In this document: one piece after another, positions 4,375-5,083 of the stretch
How the letters are laid out: every line of letters starts with the position of its first letter
How positions within the stretch are numbered: position 1 is the stretch's first letter
NCBI GenBank assembly: GCA_028700115.1
Contig: JAQVTI010000029.1
Span: 1-5,083, forward strand
Direction of reading: 5' to 3'
DNA length: 5,083 nt
DNA from: Candidatus Iainarchaeum sp.
Lineage (GTDB): Archaea > Iainarchaeota > Iainarchaeia > Iainarchaeales > CSSED10-239
Notes under the pieces: generated by a model
What the model saw: the letters and a program-made list of their open reading frames with translations, nothing else
What the model was told of the DNA's origin: nothing
Database searches by the model: none
Program-made: the position numbers and the translations under genes

Positions 4375-4563
4375 TTATCTTATTTCATTTTTATTATTAT
4401 TATTTGATTTTATATTATATTTATTTACTAATATATCGGCTTTTTTAATCATATCTTCAAGATTATCTTCTTTAAAACTACTAGATATAAAAATTTCTAT
4501 ATCTTGTAATGTTATTCTAATAATTTTTTCTTTAATATCAATTTTTCTTTTTTCGTCATACAT
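4375..4563 (-). CDS. Small soluble protein (62 aa), possible paralog of 4602..4865
   Basis: Track ORF with an SD-like GAGAG about 10 nt upstream (AAAGAGAGATGAAATAATATG). It shares K-E-x-I-I-[KR]-I-T-L-[KQ]-[ED] and a later L-E-[ED]-[IM] block, in the same order, with the upstream gene product. Confidence 0.7.
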   Translation of the reverse strand: MYDEKRKIDIKEKIIRITLQDIEIFISSSFKEDNLEDMIKKADILVNKYNIKSNNNNKNEIR

Positions 4564-4601
4564 ATTATTTCATCTCTCTTTAAATTATTTTTTGTATTTT
4601 T

Positions 4602-4865
4602 TTATTCTGTGGTAATTATTATTTTTAATCTGTTTTGATCATTATTTGTTAAGTACATTTCTGTTATTTTTAAACTTCTCCAGAAGCTGTTTATTTCTTC
4701 TAATATATTTTGAAGTTCGTTTATTGTGAGTATACTTTCTTTTAGAGTTATTTTAATTATATACTCTTTTTCTAATATGTACTGTTCTTCTTTTTTTTTT
4801 ATCTTTGTTATTTTATTTATATTTTTTATTAATTCTGCAAGTTCTTTTGCTCTTGTTTTATTCAT
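4602..4865 (-). CDS. Small soluble helical protein (87 aa), function unknown
   Basis: Track ORF with a strong SD-like AGGTG (AAAGGTGGAAAAATG). Its start lies 15 nt after the TAA of the upstream gene. It contains an A10 tract on the coding strand at 4791-4800. Confidence 0.8.
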   Translation of the reverse strand: MNKTRAKELAELIKNINKITKIKKKEEQYILEKEYIIKITLKESILTINELQNILEEINSFWRSLKITEMYLTNNDQNRLKIIITTE

Positions 4866-4880
4866 TTTTCCACCTTTTTT

Positions 4881-5072
4881 TTAATTTTCGGATTTAAATC
4901 TTACTAATCCACATATTCTTATCCATATTAAAAATATTAGTACAAATATCATATTAATTTTCAATTCTATATTTTTAGTAAATACAAATATAGTTAATAT
5001 ACCCATTCCAGCAATTAAATATAACGCCCATGTAAAATTATATTCTTTTTTTATTTTTTTTTGTTTTTCCAT
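4881..5072 (-). CDS. Small 2-TM hairpin membrane protein (63 aa)
   Basis: Track ORF with a basic N-terminus (MEKQKKIKKEY) and two hydrophobic segments at about residues 13-31 and 39-57. The upstream region is cut by the window edge (TGAATTAAAAAATG), so the RBS cannot be assessed. The TGA at 5083..5081 may be the stop of a further upstream gene. Confidence 0.7.
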   Translation of the reverse strand: MEKQKKIKKEYNFTWALYLIAGMGILTIFVFTKNIELKINMIFVLIFLIWIRICGLVRFKSEN

Positions 5073-5083
5073 TTTTTAATTCA

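Noticed and set aside
4538-4545. AAAATTGA (minus strand), the mimivirus-type early promoter octamer, and TAAATG at the start of 2385..3233 (3231-3236), a poxvirus late-promoter-like initiator. Both were considered because some giant viruses and entomopoxviruses have about 20% G+C.
   Set aside because: The octamer lies inside a coding sequence rather than upstream of a gene. TAAATG occurs at only one start. The SD elements, ATGA overlap and 2-3 nt intergenic spacings argue for prokaryotic polycistronic expression.
4791-4859. Possible helix-turn-helix in the N-terminus of the 87-aa protein (TRAKELAELIKNINKITKIKKK)
   Set aside because: It resembles the E-L-A-E-x-L part of HTH helix 2 but lacks the turn glycine or the conserved hydrophobic pattern. 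Composition bias makes this unreliable without a profile search.
4108-5072. Lysis cassette interpretation (2-TM holin-like proteins)
   Set aside because: No endolysin, spanin or peptidoglycan-hydrolase-like gene is present in the window, and the soluble neighbours are too small. Holin-like topology alone is not diagnostic.
1-5083. Search by eye for rRNA, tRNA, CRISPR arrays, IS terminal inverted repeats and long direct repeats
   Set aside because: No G/C-rich structured segments compatible with tRNA or rRNA were found. There are no regularly spaced 25-40 bp repeats, no transposase-like ORF and no long flanking repeats.

Overview
This 5,083-bp window is extremely AT-rich, roughly 20% G+C from hand counts of sampled lines (not computed exactly). 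Every credible gene is on the minus strand. I count 11 track ORFs, one sub-threshold 43-codon ORF found by hand (3304..3435), and a truncated ORF at the left edge (1..49). The plus strand is correspondingly T-rich, because the coding strand is rich in Lys, Asn, Ile and Glu codons.

Genes are packed with 2-15 nt gaps or overlaps. The gaps and signals suggest four units in transcription order, from high to low coordinates:
- [4881..5072, 4602..4865, 4375..4563, 4108..4371]
- a 259-bp non-coding gap (3849-4107)
- [3444..3848, 3304..3435], followed by a hairpin terminator (3249-3278)
- [2385..3233, 2137..2382, 1419..2156, 877..1422], translationally coupled, followed by 330..809, 55..276 and 1..49

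I recognise no product with confidence. The exception is 55..276, whose motif pattern matches my recollection of the small phage/virus-associated DUF5661 family (unverified). Five of the 13 proteins are small integral membrane proteins (2-TM, 2-TM, 1-TM anchor, 2-TM, 4-TM). They are interleaved with Lys/Glu-rich helical proteins.

Several features point to a prokaryotic code-11 host rather than Mycoplasma/Spiroplasma or a eukaryotic virus:
- Shine-Dalgarno-like AGGTG/GAGG elements upstream of several starts
- an ATGA stop/start overlap
- TGA used as a stop, with all 16 Trp codons being TGG

My best reading is a fragment of an uncharacterised phage/plasmid-like mobile element, or an ORFan island, from a very low-GC host. 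This is inference. No hallmark gene is visible: no terminase, capsid, integrase, Rep, ATPase or nuclease.

The items most worth follow-up are:
- the coupled four-gene membrane-anchored block 877..3233
- the nested G/C-containing dyad symmetries in the only long intergenic gap (3895-3948), whose TTGCAT-type core recurs elsewhere
- the insulated promoter-to-terminator unit 3304..3848

I found no rRNA, tRNA, CRISPR array or IS element.
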